Positions 41,931-52,149 of a stretch of 63,860 nt of DNA are shown piece after piece (position 1 is the first letter of the stretch; every line of letters starts with the position of its first letter). The stretch spans positions 142,217,121-142,280,980 of the forward strand of contig NC_068981.1 in assembly GCF_001194135.2 (NCBI RefSeq), written 5' to 3'. The position numbers and the translations under genes were made by a program. This DNA comes from Octopus bimaculoides (taxonomy: Eukaryota). The notes below the pieces were generated by a model. It ran no database searches. It had not been told where the DNA came from and saw only the letters and a program-made list of their open reading frames with translations.

Positions 41931-41960
<30 letters not shown>

Positions 41961-42029
41961 CTTCTTCTTCTTCTTCTTCTTCTTCTTCTTCTTCTTCTTC
42001 TTCTTCTTCTTCTTCTTCTTCTTCTTCTT
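41931..42029. repeat. (TTC)~33 microsatellite
   Basis: Direct reading. Confidence 0.95.
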
Positions 42030-42606
42030 TCCGCGTCATTGTAGCGTTTGTTTCCTCAGTATTTCATAAATCTCATTTCACCATCACCATAACTATGTAT
42101 ACTATTGCAGTTACTGGGAACATTATCACAACAACCTAAATTGTAGGCCTGTTCAGATATACCTGTATTTCAATGCTCAACATTATTACAGTTGTGTTTT
42201 TATATGAAAACAAAACAACTATATTTATGAATATGTGTATCAGTGCATGTGCGTATGTATGTATAGTTGTATACAAATATACTTAAGTATGCATATCTCC
42301 ATGTGCGCATATATATATATATATATATATANNNNNNNNNNNNNNNNNNNNNNNNNNNNNNNNNNNNNNNNNNNNNNNNNNNNNNNNNNNNNNNNNNNNN
42401 NNNNNNNNNNNNNNNNNNNNNNNNNNNNNNNNNNNNNNNNNNNNNNNNNNNNNNNNNNNNNNNNNNNNNNNNNNNNNNNNNNNNNNNNNNNNNNNNNNNN
42501 NNNNCATATAAATACATGCACAGCTAAATATTTTATATGCATATAAAATGAAATTTGCATTCATATATATGTACAATGTTTGTGTGCGTGTGTATGACAC
42601 AGAAAG

Positions 42607-42659
<53 letters not shown>

Positions 42660-42850
42660 TAGAGAGAGACTCTGTGCCTTTAGAATATATACAAAACTAG
42701 ATTAAAGTGATAGAAGAAATCGATATAATATAAAAGAGAACCATTTAAGGTTATTTTATTCAAGAATATTCTTTCTATTGAATTATCATCTGTTTTATTA
42801 TATTATTTGTTTTTTTTAAATTTTGACTATTATTCATATTTTAACATGAT

Positions 42851-42873
42851 CATTTTGTTTCTTTTCGTTTCAG
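42851..42873 (+). promoter_or_regulatory. 3' splice acceptor preceding the Toll coding exon
   Basis: Polypyrimidine tract cattttgtttcttttcgttt followed by CAG; the exon would start at 42874, 57 nt before ATG 42931. Composition shifts here from AT-rich intron-like to exon-like. Confidence 0.7.
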
Positions 42874-42930
42874 ACTGTAATATCAAACCGTGGACTTTCA
42901 TGTGGGAAGTTTAGGAACGTCACCATTACA

Positions 42931-45900
42931 ATGTCTTCCGTGAAATCCAGCTCACAGCGGGCATGCGTAACGATGACGTCTAACTCCGTCTCGCAAATCT
43001 CCAGGTGTCATTCCCTGCGTCACTTGGCTGTAGTAGCAGCAGCAACTGCCACAAAGCATTTAGAACCGAAACTAAATTCTCATTCAACACTAAATTCAGC
43101 GAGAGAAGAAGCCATGACACCGACAAAAGCCAAACTAACACCAATATCGTTATCACAGTTTTCAACATTTTTATTCATACCGCCTCTATTGCCATTCTCT
43201 TCTCCATTTAAACCTCCACCGCCAGCAACGCCGACTCAACCCTTACCCCTTTCTTCTTCTTCTTCTTCTTCTTCTTCTTCTTCTTCTTCTTCTTCTTCTT
43301 CTTCTTCTTCTTCTTCTTCTTCTTCTTCTTCTTCTTCTTCTTCTTCTTCTTCTTCTTCTTCTTCTTCTTCTTCGCACCCACCATCTCCTACACTTCACTG
43401 TACTTCTTCCTCTTGTTCTTTATCTCCTTCTTCGAATTCTGTAGTAGGAACAACTACGTTTTTCTCGTGTCCATGTTCTCTGCCTCACTATCTACCACCA
43501 CCTCCTTCTTCACCCACCACCTCTCGTCTATCGTGCTCTGAGTCGTTACCGCCGTCCTTAATAAAACCACTACTTCCACAACCATCTCCTCCACCACAGT
43601 CGCCGATATCGGCATCTTCGTCGTTAACATCATTATCATCATCGCCGGCGTCTGTTCCTTTTCACTGGATGATTGTACTATTTCTTCTTCTCTTCTCGCA
43701 TTCAGCGCAACCATGGGTGACTCAGCCCGAATTTCAGTGTCCTAAACAATGCGAATGCCATAACCTTCGTACTTCGCAGCTTTCCACTTCAATAGCAGCC
43801 CGCTGCCGAATAAATGAAACGATGAGTCGGTATAATTTCAGTGTATTTTCAGCCCCGTATATTACTGTCCTGGTTATACAATGCCAGGGTAAACCTTTAA
43901 AACCCGTTAACAAAATGCTCCGTAATCTTCCTTTTCTCGAAGAACTTGTATTTAAGGATTGTCATTTCAAAAGCATTCCTGAATATACACTGTTAGGCTT
44001 GAATAACTTGAGAAATTTTAGCATTTTTGGTGCTGATCAGTTGACGTTAACTTCAAACATATTCCACAAAGCGGTTAAATTGAAAAACCTTGAGATAATA
44101 CACAGTGGACTTAAAACAATTCCTGTTGATATGCTTTGCAATTCTGTAGATGTTGAATTGCTTACCTTATCGCAGAATGAATTAACGCACTTCTCAGAAT
44201 TGAAAAAACTTTGCCAGACTAACACCACCATTTTAGACCAAATAACACGCTTAGATTTGAGTTACAATTTACTTCAAACAATTCCAGCAGATTTCAGTAA
44301 ATTATTTTCTGATATGCAAATGGTAAATTTTGTAGGTAACCAAATCGATAACATAGAAGCTGGTAGTGTCAGTGATCTTTATTATTTAACAGTTATGGAT
44401 CTGTCTAAAAATCGAATCCAAAGTTTTCCAGGTGACTTTTTAGAAAATTCCATTGGAATACAGCAGCTAGGTATCTCACATAACCCTATCAAAACTATAT
44501 TCCCATATTTTAAAGATCTTCAAGATTTAGAAGTGTTTGAGGCTGAGCATACTTATTTAGACAATAGTTTCTTTCGGGAAATTCCTAAAGGGTCTGCATT
44601 AACGAATTTAAACTTAGCACATTGCTATATGAGTAAAATAAATAAATCCCTGATGAGTAATTTGAAAAATTTAAGGCGTCTTAATCTTAACAGTAATTCA
44701 ATTTTTTCGCTGCCTTCTAATGTATTTTCTTCCAATGATAAGCTCGATGTTCTGATATTGTCAAACAATAATATTGAGGAACTTTTGGATAATTCCTTAC
44801 AAGGACTTAGGGCCTTGCGAGAACTCGATATCAGTTACAATAATATATCAGTTATAAATGAAGACGCCTTTCACGATCTTCTGGTTATTGAAAAACTTGA
44901 TTTAAGTTTCAACCAGCTGTATGATATCCCCAATGCTATAACCCCTCTGGACAAAATACAAGAACTGTATTTAGAGGGAAATTTCATCAGTAAAATTAAC
45001 AAGAATTCATTCAAGGGTTTAGATTCTATTAATCGAATTGTTTTGTCTAAAAATAGAATTGTCTTTCTTGATGCCAGTAGTTTTACTCGATGCTTCAATT
45101 TACATATTTTAGATTTATCTGAAAACAACATTTCTTATATACATGAGGACGCGTTCGAAGGTCTACAATTGGTCGGTGTCAGTTTAGCAAATAATAAAAT
45201 AAGAAACATCGGTACAGCGTTATGGAAGCAGCACAATCTAAGCCAGGTTCATTTGCAGGGTAACCTTCTTGAAGCCATTATGTCGTCCAATTTCCCGGAA
45301 AACGTTAAATTTTTAAACGTTTCTCATAATAGAATTTGGAATGTCCATCCATTTACCTTCTCAAACAAAGATACACTTGTAGAAGTTGACTTACGCCATA
45401 ACAACATCAGCTTCCTAGCAAATGATGCTATCAGTGTGTCTCACAGAGTACGTTCCATTCCCGACGTTTACCTTATGGGAAATCCATTCAAATGTGATTG
45501 TAACATTGTCTGGCTTAAAAAACTTGCCAATGTAAGGCCAAGGAAAAAAGACGGCCTTCCGTACATTCCGGATTTGAACGAACTAGAATGTCATGCGGAC
45601 AATGAAAGTTCGGTACCAACAGGCCGTATGTACGAGGTAAAGGAATCAGATTTTCTCTGCAAATACCTGAAGGAATGCGCTCCTGATTGCATCTGCTGCA
45701 CTTTTGGCATGTGTGACTGCAACAGCATTTGCCCCGAACAATGCAGCTGCTATCGCTCGTATGATCGTAAAGCTAATATCATCAACTGTATGAACAGCGG
45801 ACTTAGTGACTCACGTATGTTGCCTTCGAATGCCACCAAAATTTACCTGAGTGGTAATCGTCTTATATCTCTTTCCAAACACTCTTTTCTTCGCCAGCGA

Positions 45901-47232
45901 GATCTGTTAACTGTACTCTATTTAAATAGATCCCATATTTCCAATATACAAAATGGCACATTTATGACTTTAATAAATCTGAAACAGTTATACATGCACG
46001 ATAACGATTTGACTATTTTAACAAAAGAAACTTTCCAAGGATTAGAAAACCTTGAAGTCATCACGCTGAATTCAAATTCAATTAGTTATATTGCACCAGG
46101 AATGTTTGCTCCTATGCCCAAATTAAAAATTGTCGATGTCAGCAGCAATCGATTGCACATATTGGACAACAGTTTCTTGAGCCTAAAGTATTTAGAAAGT
46201 ATTGCAATCCACAACAATCCATGGATTTGCAAGTGTCCATTCGTCATGGGACTGCAGGAGTTGTACATTAATAAGCCTGATTTGGTGGTTCTCTCAGAAT
46301 CTGTAATATGCGATCATGAAGATGTCATCAATAGCAGTATGTCTTTCTACACAGCTTACCCTCTTTTTGAGTTCGATGTACAGTTACACTGCCTGAATAT
46401 CACTCCAGTCACCAATTTATCATCCCACGTGAATACGCAAATCGACTCAAAAGTTATATGTGCTTTAGCCATTTTTTCAGCCGTCTTTTTGACTTTGATA
46501 ATTGCTGTTATCAGCATCGCATGTTATCGTGAAGAGCTGAAGGTGTGGCTGTTCACGCAGTATGGATGGCGTATTGGAGATCCGTGGGCAAAGCTAGATG
46601 ATTCTAACCGACGATATGATGTCTTCGTAGCTTACACAAGCAAGAACGCAATGTTCGTGGAACACGAGCTTACACCGCGTCTAGAGAGAAGGGAACCACC
46701 TTACCAGGTATGTCTGACCTACAGGGATTATGATGTGGATATTTCCTATGCTCAAAACACAATCAATTGTATACAAAATAGCAAGCGAACCATTATGCTA
46801 GTGTCTAACGACTTCTTCCAAACGGAATGGTTCCGTTATGATTTTCAAATTAACAATCATGATATACTGAAAACGCTTTCTGAAAGACTCATAGTCATTT
46901 TAATGGAAAAAGTCGATAGGAAAAAACTTGAATGCGACCTTATGTTTTATGCGAAGACGAAAAAATTCCTAAAATATCAAGACACACATTTCTGGGACAA
47001 ACTTTATTATATGCTACCAAAAGTTCGAGGACTGCCATTATTACCACAGACCCCAGAATCTGCGGTTTCCTCTGGAGAGCTACGCGATCAGTGTTGCAAT
47101 AATATTGCTTTCTCGAAGACTTCGTTGGAAAGTGGGTACGAAGAAATTAACTTCGTACGGAAAAATGTTTTTCCCCGTTCAGATCATCAGACTGTATATT
47201 TAGCACCTGTTTGCCAAAGAAATTGTAAATAA
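42931..47232 (+). CDS. Toll: Toll-like receptor, multiple-cysteine-cluster protostome type, long-Toll (Toll-6/Tollo/18-wheeler-like); single coding exon; alternative start at 43669 gives 1187 aa
   Basis: 1433-aa uninterrupted ORF. Signal-peptide-like MIVLFLLLFSHSA from 43669; LRRNT CPKQCEC at 43738; about 20+ LxxLxLxxN repeats; internal LRRCT+LRRNT cluster GNPFKCDC...FLCKY..C..CICC....CDC...CPEQCSC (45478..45789); second LRR block; LRRCT NNPWICKC..C (46213..46392); TM VICALAIFSAVFLTLIIAVISIAC (46453..46524); juxtamembrane YREELKVWL; TIR YDVFVAY..CLTYRD..EW..FW..L...LP (46615..47019). The exact paralogue is unresolved, so the symbol is family-level. Confidence 0.95.
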   Translation: MSSVKSSSQRACVTMTSNSVSQISRCHSLRHLAVVAAATATKHLEPKLNSHSTLNSAREEAMTPTKAKLTPISLSQFSTFLFIPPLLPFSSPFKPPPPATPTQPLPLSSSSSSSSSSSSSSSSSSSSSSSSSSSSSSSSSSSSSSSSSHPPSPTLHCTSSSCSLSPSSNSVVGTTTFFSCPCSLPHYLPPPPSSPTTSRLSCSESLPPSLIKPLLPQPSPPPQSPISASSSLTSLSSSPASVPFHWMIVLFLLLFSHSAQPWVTQPEFQCPKQCECHNLRTSQLSTSIAARCRINETMSRYNFSVFSAPYITVLVIQCQGKPLKPVNKMLRNLPFLEELVFKDCHFKSIPEYTLLGLNNLRNFSIFGADQLTLTSNIFHKAVKLKNLEIIHSGLKTIPVDMLCNSVDVELLTLSQNELTHFSELKKLCQTNTTILDQITRLDLSYNLLQTIPADFSKLFSDMQMVNFVGNQIDNIEAGSVSDLYYLTVMDLSKNRIQSFPGDFLENSIGIQQLGISHNPIKTIFPYFKDLQDLEVFEAEHTYLDNSFFREIPKGSALTNLNLAHCYMSKINKSLMSNLKNLRRLNLNSNSIFSLPSNVFSSNDKLDVLILSNNNIEELLDNSLQGLRALRELDISYNNISVINEDAFHDLLVIEKLDLSFNQLYDIPNAITPLDKIQELYLEGNFISKINKNSFKGLDSINRIVLSKNRIVFLDASSFTRCFNLHILDLSENNISYIHEDAFEGLQLVGVSLANNKIRNIGTALWKQHNLSQVHLQGNLLEAIMSSNFPENVKFLNVSHNRIWNVHPFTFSNKDTLVEVDLRHNNISFLANDAISVSHRVRSIPDVYLMGNPFKCDCNIVWLKKLANVRPRKKDGLPYIPDLNELECHADNESSVPTGRMYEVKESDFLCKYLKECAPDCICCTFGMCDCNSICPEQCSCYRSYDRKANIINCMNSGLSDSRMLPSNATKIYLSGNRLISLSKHSFLRQRDLLTVLYLNRSHISNIQNGTFMTLINLKQLYMHDNDLTILTKETFQGLENLEVITLNSNSISYIAPGMFAPMPKLKIVDVSSNRLHILDNSFLSLKYLESIAIHNNPWICKCPFVMGLQELYINKPDLVVLSESVICDHEDVINSSMSFYTAYPLFEFDVQLHCLNITPVTNLSSHVNTQIDSKVICALAIFSAVFLTLIIAVISIACYREELKVWLFTQYGWRIGDPWAKLDDSNRRYDVFVAYTSKNAMFVEHELTPRLERREPPYQVCLTYRDYDVDISYAQNTINCIQNSKRTIMLVSNDFFQTEWFRYDFQINNHDILKTLSERLIVILMEKVDRKKLECDLMFYAKTKKFLKYQDTHFWDKLYYMLPKVRGLPLLPQTPESAVSSGELRDQCCNNIAFSKTSLESGYEEINFVRKNVFPRSDHQTVYLAPVCQRNCK
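43252..43374 (+). repeat. (TCT)40+TCG in frame with the Toll ORF, encoding about 41 Ser
   Basis: Direct reading of the sequence; same frame as ATG 42931. Confidence 0.95.
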
Positions 47233-47275
47233 TCCCCTCCCATTTTCTTTGTGAATGTGTTAACTTTTGTTGTTC

Positions 47276-47279
<4 letters not shown>

Positions 47280-47357
<78 letters not shown>
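47280..47357. repeat. (ATT)~26 microsatellite just after the Toll stop codon
   Basis: Direct reading; likely in the 3' UTR. Confidence 0.9.
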
Positions 47358-47359
<2 letters not shown>

Positions 47360-47409
47360 CTACTACTATTATTATTACCATTATTTTCCCATTATTTTTT
47401 TATTTTTAA

Positions 47410-47920
47410 NNNNNNNNNNNNNNNNNNNNNNNNNNNNNNNNNNNNNNNNNNNNNNNNNNNNNNNNNNNNNNNNNNNNNNNNNNNNNNNNNNNNNNNNNNN
47501 NNNNNNNNNNNNNNNNNNNNNNNNNNNNNNNNNNNNNNNNNNNNNNNNNNNNNNNNNNNNNNNNNNNNNNNNNNNNNNNNNNNNNNNNNNNNNNNNNNNN
47601 NNNNNNNNNNNNNNNNNNNNNNNNNNNNNNNNNNNNNNNNNNNNNNNNNNNNNNNNNNNNNNNNNNNNNNNNNNNNNNNNNNNNNNNNNNNNNNNNNNNN
47701 NNNNNNNNNNNNNNNNNNNNNNNNNNNNNNNNNNNNNNNNNNNNNNNNNNNNNNNNNNNNNNNNNNNNNNNNNNNNNNNNNNNNNNNNNNNNNNNNNNNN
47801 NNNNNNNNNNNNNNNNNNNNNNNNNNNNNNNNNNNNNNNNNNNNNNNNNNNNNNNNNNNNNNNNNNNNNNNNNNNNNNNNNNNNNNNNNNNNNNNNNNNN
47901 NNNNNNNNNNNNNNNNNNNN
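47410..47920. other. Assembly gap (one of about 16)
   Basis: Other N-runs at about 2817, 6314, 11202, 12110, 15548, 19791, 29318, 31049, 35874, 38476, 39788, 42332, 50272, 55877 and 61391; most abut TA/CA/GA tracts. Confidence 0.98.
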
Positions 47921-48093
47921 TATATTTATATGTTAAAATCATTTTTATAAATCAAAGATGAAACTAACTGCACCTGAGAACAAACATTCTGATTGTTAAT
48001 ACTAATCTCCTTCAAGTTATCTAGCTAGATACCTGTTTCTTTCTCTCCTTCTATCGTTCTCTCACTCTCTTTGTCTCTTTCTTTTTCGCTCTA

Positions 48094-48128
<35 letters not shown>

Positions 48129-48204
48129 CATACACATTCACATACACACACATACATATAGATAGATATATACGTATATATATATATATATCTTTATGTA
48201 TGCA

Positions 48205-48368
48205 CTCTATGTGGGCTGTGTGTTTTCTGTACTCTGGTTATTATTATTTTTTTGTCTACGTTTTGTTTGCAACGTCTTGTACCCATATATGCATATATAT
48301 ATATACAGGTAGATGTAGGTATGTACATACTTGTACGTATATATGCATATACTCATTTAATATTTGTT
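48205..48368 (+). repeat. Dispersed single-arm copy of the 39389..39724 foldback family
   Basis: ctctatgtgg..tgtgtgttttct[+25 nt]gtctacgttttgtttgcaa...gcatatactcattt aligns to 39586..39722. Confidence 0.85.
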
Positions 48369-48401
48369 ATATACATATATGTGTGTGTGTGTGTGTGTGT
48401 A

Positions 48402-48476
<75 letters not shown>

Positions 48477-49242
48477 ACTTATTCCATCACTGGTTTTAAT
48501 CTATTTGTTAACATTACTCTGAATAGCTTTCATCGCAACCATCACCAATAAGATAAATATTTTTACCTGTTCTGTCTTAATTACTACCATCATTATTATC
48601 ATCCACATTACTTCCAACTTTATGATTTGTTTACCTTCATAAGATCTCAGATTCAATGATTAGATTTCTCATGAACACATGCACATACACAGTTGTCGTC
48701 ATCATCATCATCATCATCATAATCATCATCGTCATCATACGTAAGAACCCTTGTATAACAATCATTTGTTCTTGTTGGATTCGTTGCTCTCATTTACTCT
48801 GTTGTTTCTTTGCCTTTGTTTTAACCTTGTTATATGTTTAAAAACGTTAAAAAAAGTTTTCTAATCTTGTTATCTATTACGGACTTATTAACTAGACATA
48901 CCCTCATAAGATACAAAAAAAAAAACACTGAACAAGCTCAAAGTTTGGAGACATTTTGATTATTAAAATTGATTTTACACTGAATATTTTCTATAATTAT
49001 TATTTTTTGCGGCTTAATGAGATCTTTTTTCATAGAAGGTATTTTGTATTTCATAGTAAAGTTCAAACCGTATTACTCCATAGTAAAGTCAAACAAAAAT
49101 TATATATAGTGTAGAGATCCTAAACACTATTCTGTTATTACTAAGCCGATTTGACGAGGAAGTTAAACCGGCTTTTATGGAAATTGCAAATCGGTTTCCA
49201 AAAATATTCTCATAGTCCTGTTGTAATTATTGCTTTCTAATA

Positions 49243-49390
49243 TTGGCATGAAGCCACAGCTTTCGGAGAAATGTATGGCTCTATAGTTGATTAAATCGAA
49301 ACCTGCACTTCACAAGTACTTATTTTTGCTGACCCTGTAGGAATGATGAAGTAATATCGACTTTTGTGGTATTTGAATTCAGAACGTAAA
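49243..49390 (-). mobile_element. SINE family A, degenerate
   Basis: ttggcatgaagcc...agtacttattttt...ggtatttgaattcagaacgtaa. Confidence 0.55.
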
Positions 49391-50118
49391 AGGAGGGGGT
49401 GGGGGTGTAACTAAATAACAAAAGAACTTTAATCATACGCATGATTTTTTCTATGAATCACCAAAATTTCCTCGTTGTAATTGAAATATTTTATTTAAAA
49501 GACATTGATCATTTGATTGGAGCGTTGGATATCATTTATATCAATACGTCCAACCAGATATTGCCCATGTATGTTGTAGTATAGTTGAATTTGCCGGTGA
49601 GAAATTGATAAAAATGTAATGTAAAGTAGCCCTAATATTCCTATTATTGATTCTAACTCTCCACACTAATACATGTTAGCCTCTGCAGTAAGAGCCACAC
49701 ATATTTGTTTTAAATAGGTTCGATATCCTATAGCTGGGAATCGCATCGCGCAAGATGATGTGTTGTTGATCGAGATATGCCACCGACGAATTTGCCATAC
49801 ATTTAGCCCTGCAATAATGAAAAATACAATTAACCTAAACAAACTAACAAAATTGACATTTGTAGAATTAAATATAAATATGTGTTCTACGATGTTTAAA
49901 GGTTTAAAGAAACAATAAATAAAAGTGAGATAATGCTGTAAATTGTTTAATAACTGATTGAATCTTTCTGAACAATATCCAGTAACATCAGTGATATACA
50001 ATAATTCTTTTTCCTGGTGAAATACTGGTGACGTTTGTCTATTTTTTGTTATGAGTGACGTAACTAAACACAACAAATTGTTTTGTCCGATGCACTATTT
50101 ATTCTGCAGATATACGTA

Positions 50119-50478
50119 TAGGCGTAGGAATGGCTGTCTGGTAAGTAGCTTGCTTACGAACCACATGGTTCCGGGTTCAGTCCCACTGAGTGGCACATTG
50201 GAAAGTGTTTTCTACTATAGCCTCGGGCCGACCAAAACCTTGTGAGTGGATTTTGGTACACGGAAACTGAANNNNNNNNNNGTGTGTGTGTCTGTGTTTG
50301 TCCCCAGCCCCAACATCGCTTGACAACCGATGCTAGTGTGTTTACGTCCCATAACTTAACGTTTCGGCAAAAGAGACCAATAGAATAAGTACTAGGCTTA
50401 CAAAAAATAAGTCCTGGGGTCGACTTGCACCAATAAAGGCGGTGCTCCAGCATGGCCACTGTCAAAAGAGTAAAAGAG
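50119..50478 (+). mobile_element. SINE family B, full length (10-N gap inside)
   Basis: Colinear with the 38731..39131 copy. Confidence 0.9.
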
Positions 50479-50499
50479 AGAGAATAATTCTTTCTACAT

Positions 50500-50690
50500 T
50501 GTCTGAAATTGTAGGGTAGGGGGCTAGTCGATTACATGGACCTCAGTATATGACCGCTATTTATTTCATAGATGAAAGGATGAAGGGCAAGTCGACCTCA
50601 TCGGCGTTCAAACTCACAACGTCTCGACGGTCAAAATATTAGCATCATTTTGCCAAGCGTGTTATCGATTTTCCCAGGTTATTGCCTTAG
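50500..50690 (-). mobile_element. SINE family A
   Basis: gtcgattacatggacc...gaaaggatgaagggcaagtcgacctc...gcctta. Confidence 0.7.
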
Positions 50691-52149
50691 GTTCACATAT
50701 TATAATAACTTCAATGAACACGAATAAACTATTAGAGATTTAGAATAATTTTGATATACAAAACAGTTTTATCTCTTTTCGTCCTGATCACTGATGAAAT
50801 ATATTTCAACCAAGAACGTTACTTCTCTTATTCCGGACAAAGTAGTTTTCAGCTACGATATTTAAATATGCACTTCCATTTTTAAGACGTCACAATGTCA
50901 TTTGAGGGAGAGTTGACAGCTATTTCAAGTAGCACGATCAATGACCGCACATTGTTTCTTGTTTGCTTTTTGACAGTACAGTTGTTTTCGAGAGAGCGAA
51001 ACAGTACATCGACATGCTTTATTTAAACCAGTTAAGAAAGCCTAATATTAAGCCGTTGTTTAATTAACTCTACAAAATTTGAAGGCATCTACCATTTTTT
51101 TTCTCAGAAATTTGATAAACTGTGTGAACATCTTTTCCTCCCACCATCACATACATACGCTCATGCTTTCTTACACAAATGAATTCAGTTATGTTTCTTT
51201 GATAAGTTTAATTTCAAGTATCGGTCATTTATAAATATTTACCAAGCGGTGATGACGTATTGTGTCTGCTTCTGAGATAGGTATGATATATAATTCTGTC
51301 TCAAAATGGTGCACTTCATATTTACCTACTTATAGATTAATCTTCTTAAACCCTCATCTGCTTCAACGATACTCGACCCACCGTCAAACATACGTGCTAA
51401 TTAAAGAAATAATTGTTTGGCCAAATGAATATAGGCCAATGACATGACGAAGCATCGGATTTGATGACCGTACACTGCCGCGAAGCTATGTGAAATCTGA
51501 ACCAGGTATGATTCTCAATTTTCTGAACTATAGTAATGAAACAAAAAAAAAAGAAAAAATAAACTCCCCGGTAAGAAATGAATACAGCGACATAGCAGAA
51601 AACCTAGTCATATCTTGACTAACAACGAACCTCGGCCGTGTAAACTTTTCATTGTATTGTGCAATGCCATATACACGAAGTGTTGAAGCATTTCGGTAAT
51701 AGTTTGTACAAACATACATACACTCGTACACTCACACGCGCGTAAACATATGTATTTATAGCATAGAGGCTTACGAGTAAAGCCTCATTACAAAAGAAAT
51801 AGTAATATTTATTTTTTACGACGAATAAAAAAAATAATGATCGTAAAAAAGGAATAATTACAAGTAAATTACTGGTACTTATTTTATAGTCGGTACAATA
51901 ATAAAAGACAGAACCAGATGCAAGCGCTTTATTGGAAGGTGCACTGAAAGGTCTATAATATGCTTCATATCAATATTGCTGTTTCTTTTCGACGTAGTTT
52001 TGTTTGGTAGAAATTGTTCTTTCGACATGTTACATTGGCATCGACAGACCATAGACATCATTGAAATTAATGTTGGGCACATTTGAATAACGTAGCTGTT
52101 GAATAATTGCAAATTCATGGTTGCAAGAAAACATGGATTGGATTGCGAG

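Noticed and set aside
41672-42139. 155-aa ORF with poly-Ser (poly-Glu on the minus strand) as an upstream Toll exon
   Set aside because: No domain, explained by the (TTC)n tract, and no convincing splice signals were identified.
45535-45552. Basic RPRKK as a furin site in the Toll ectodomain
   Set aside because: Does not fit R-X-K/R-R.
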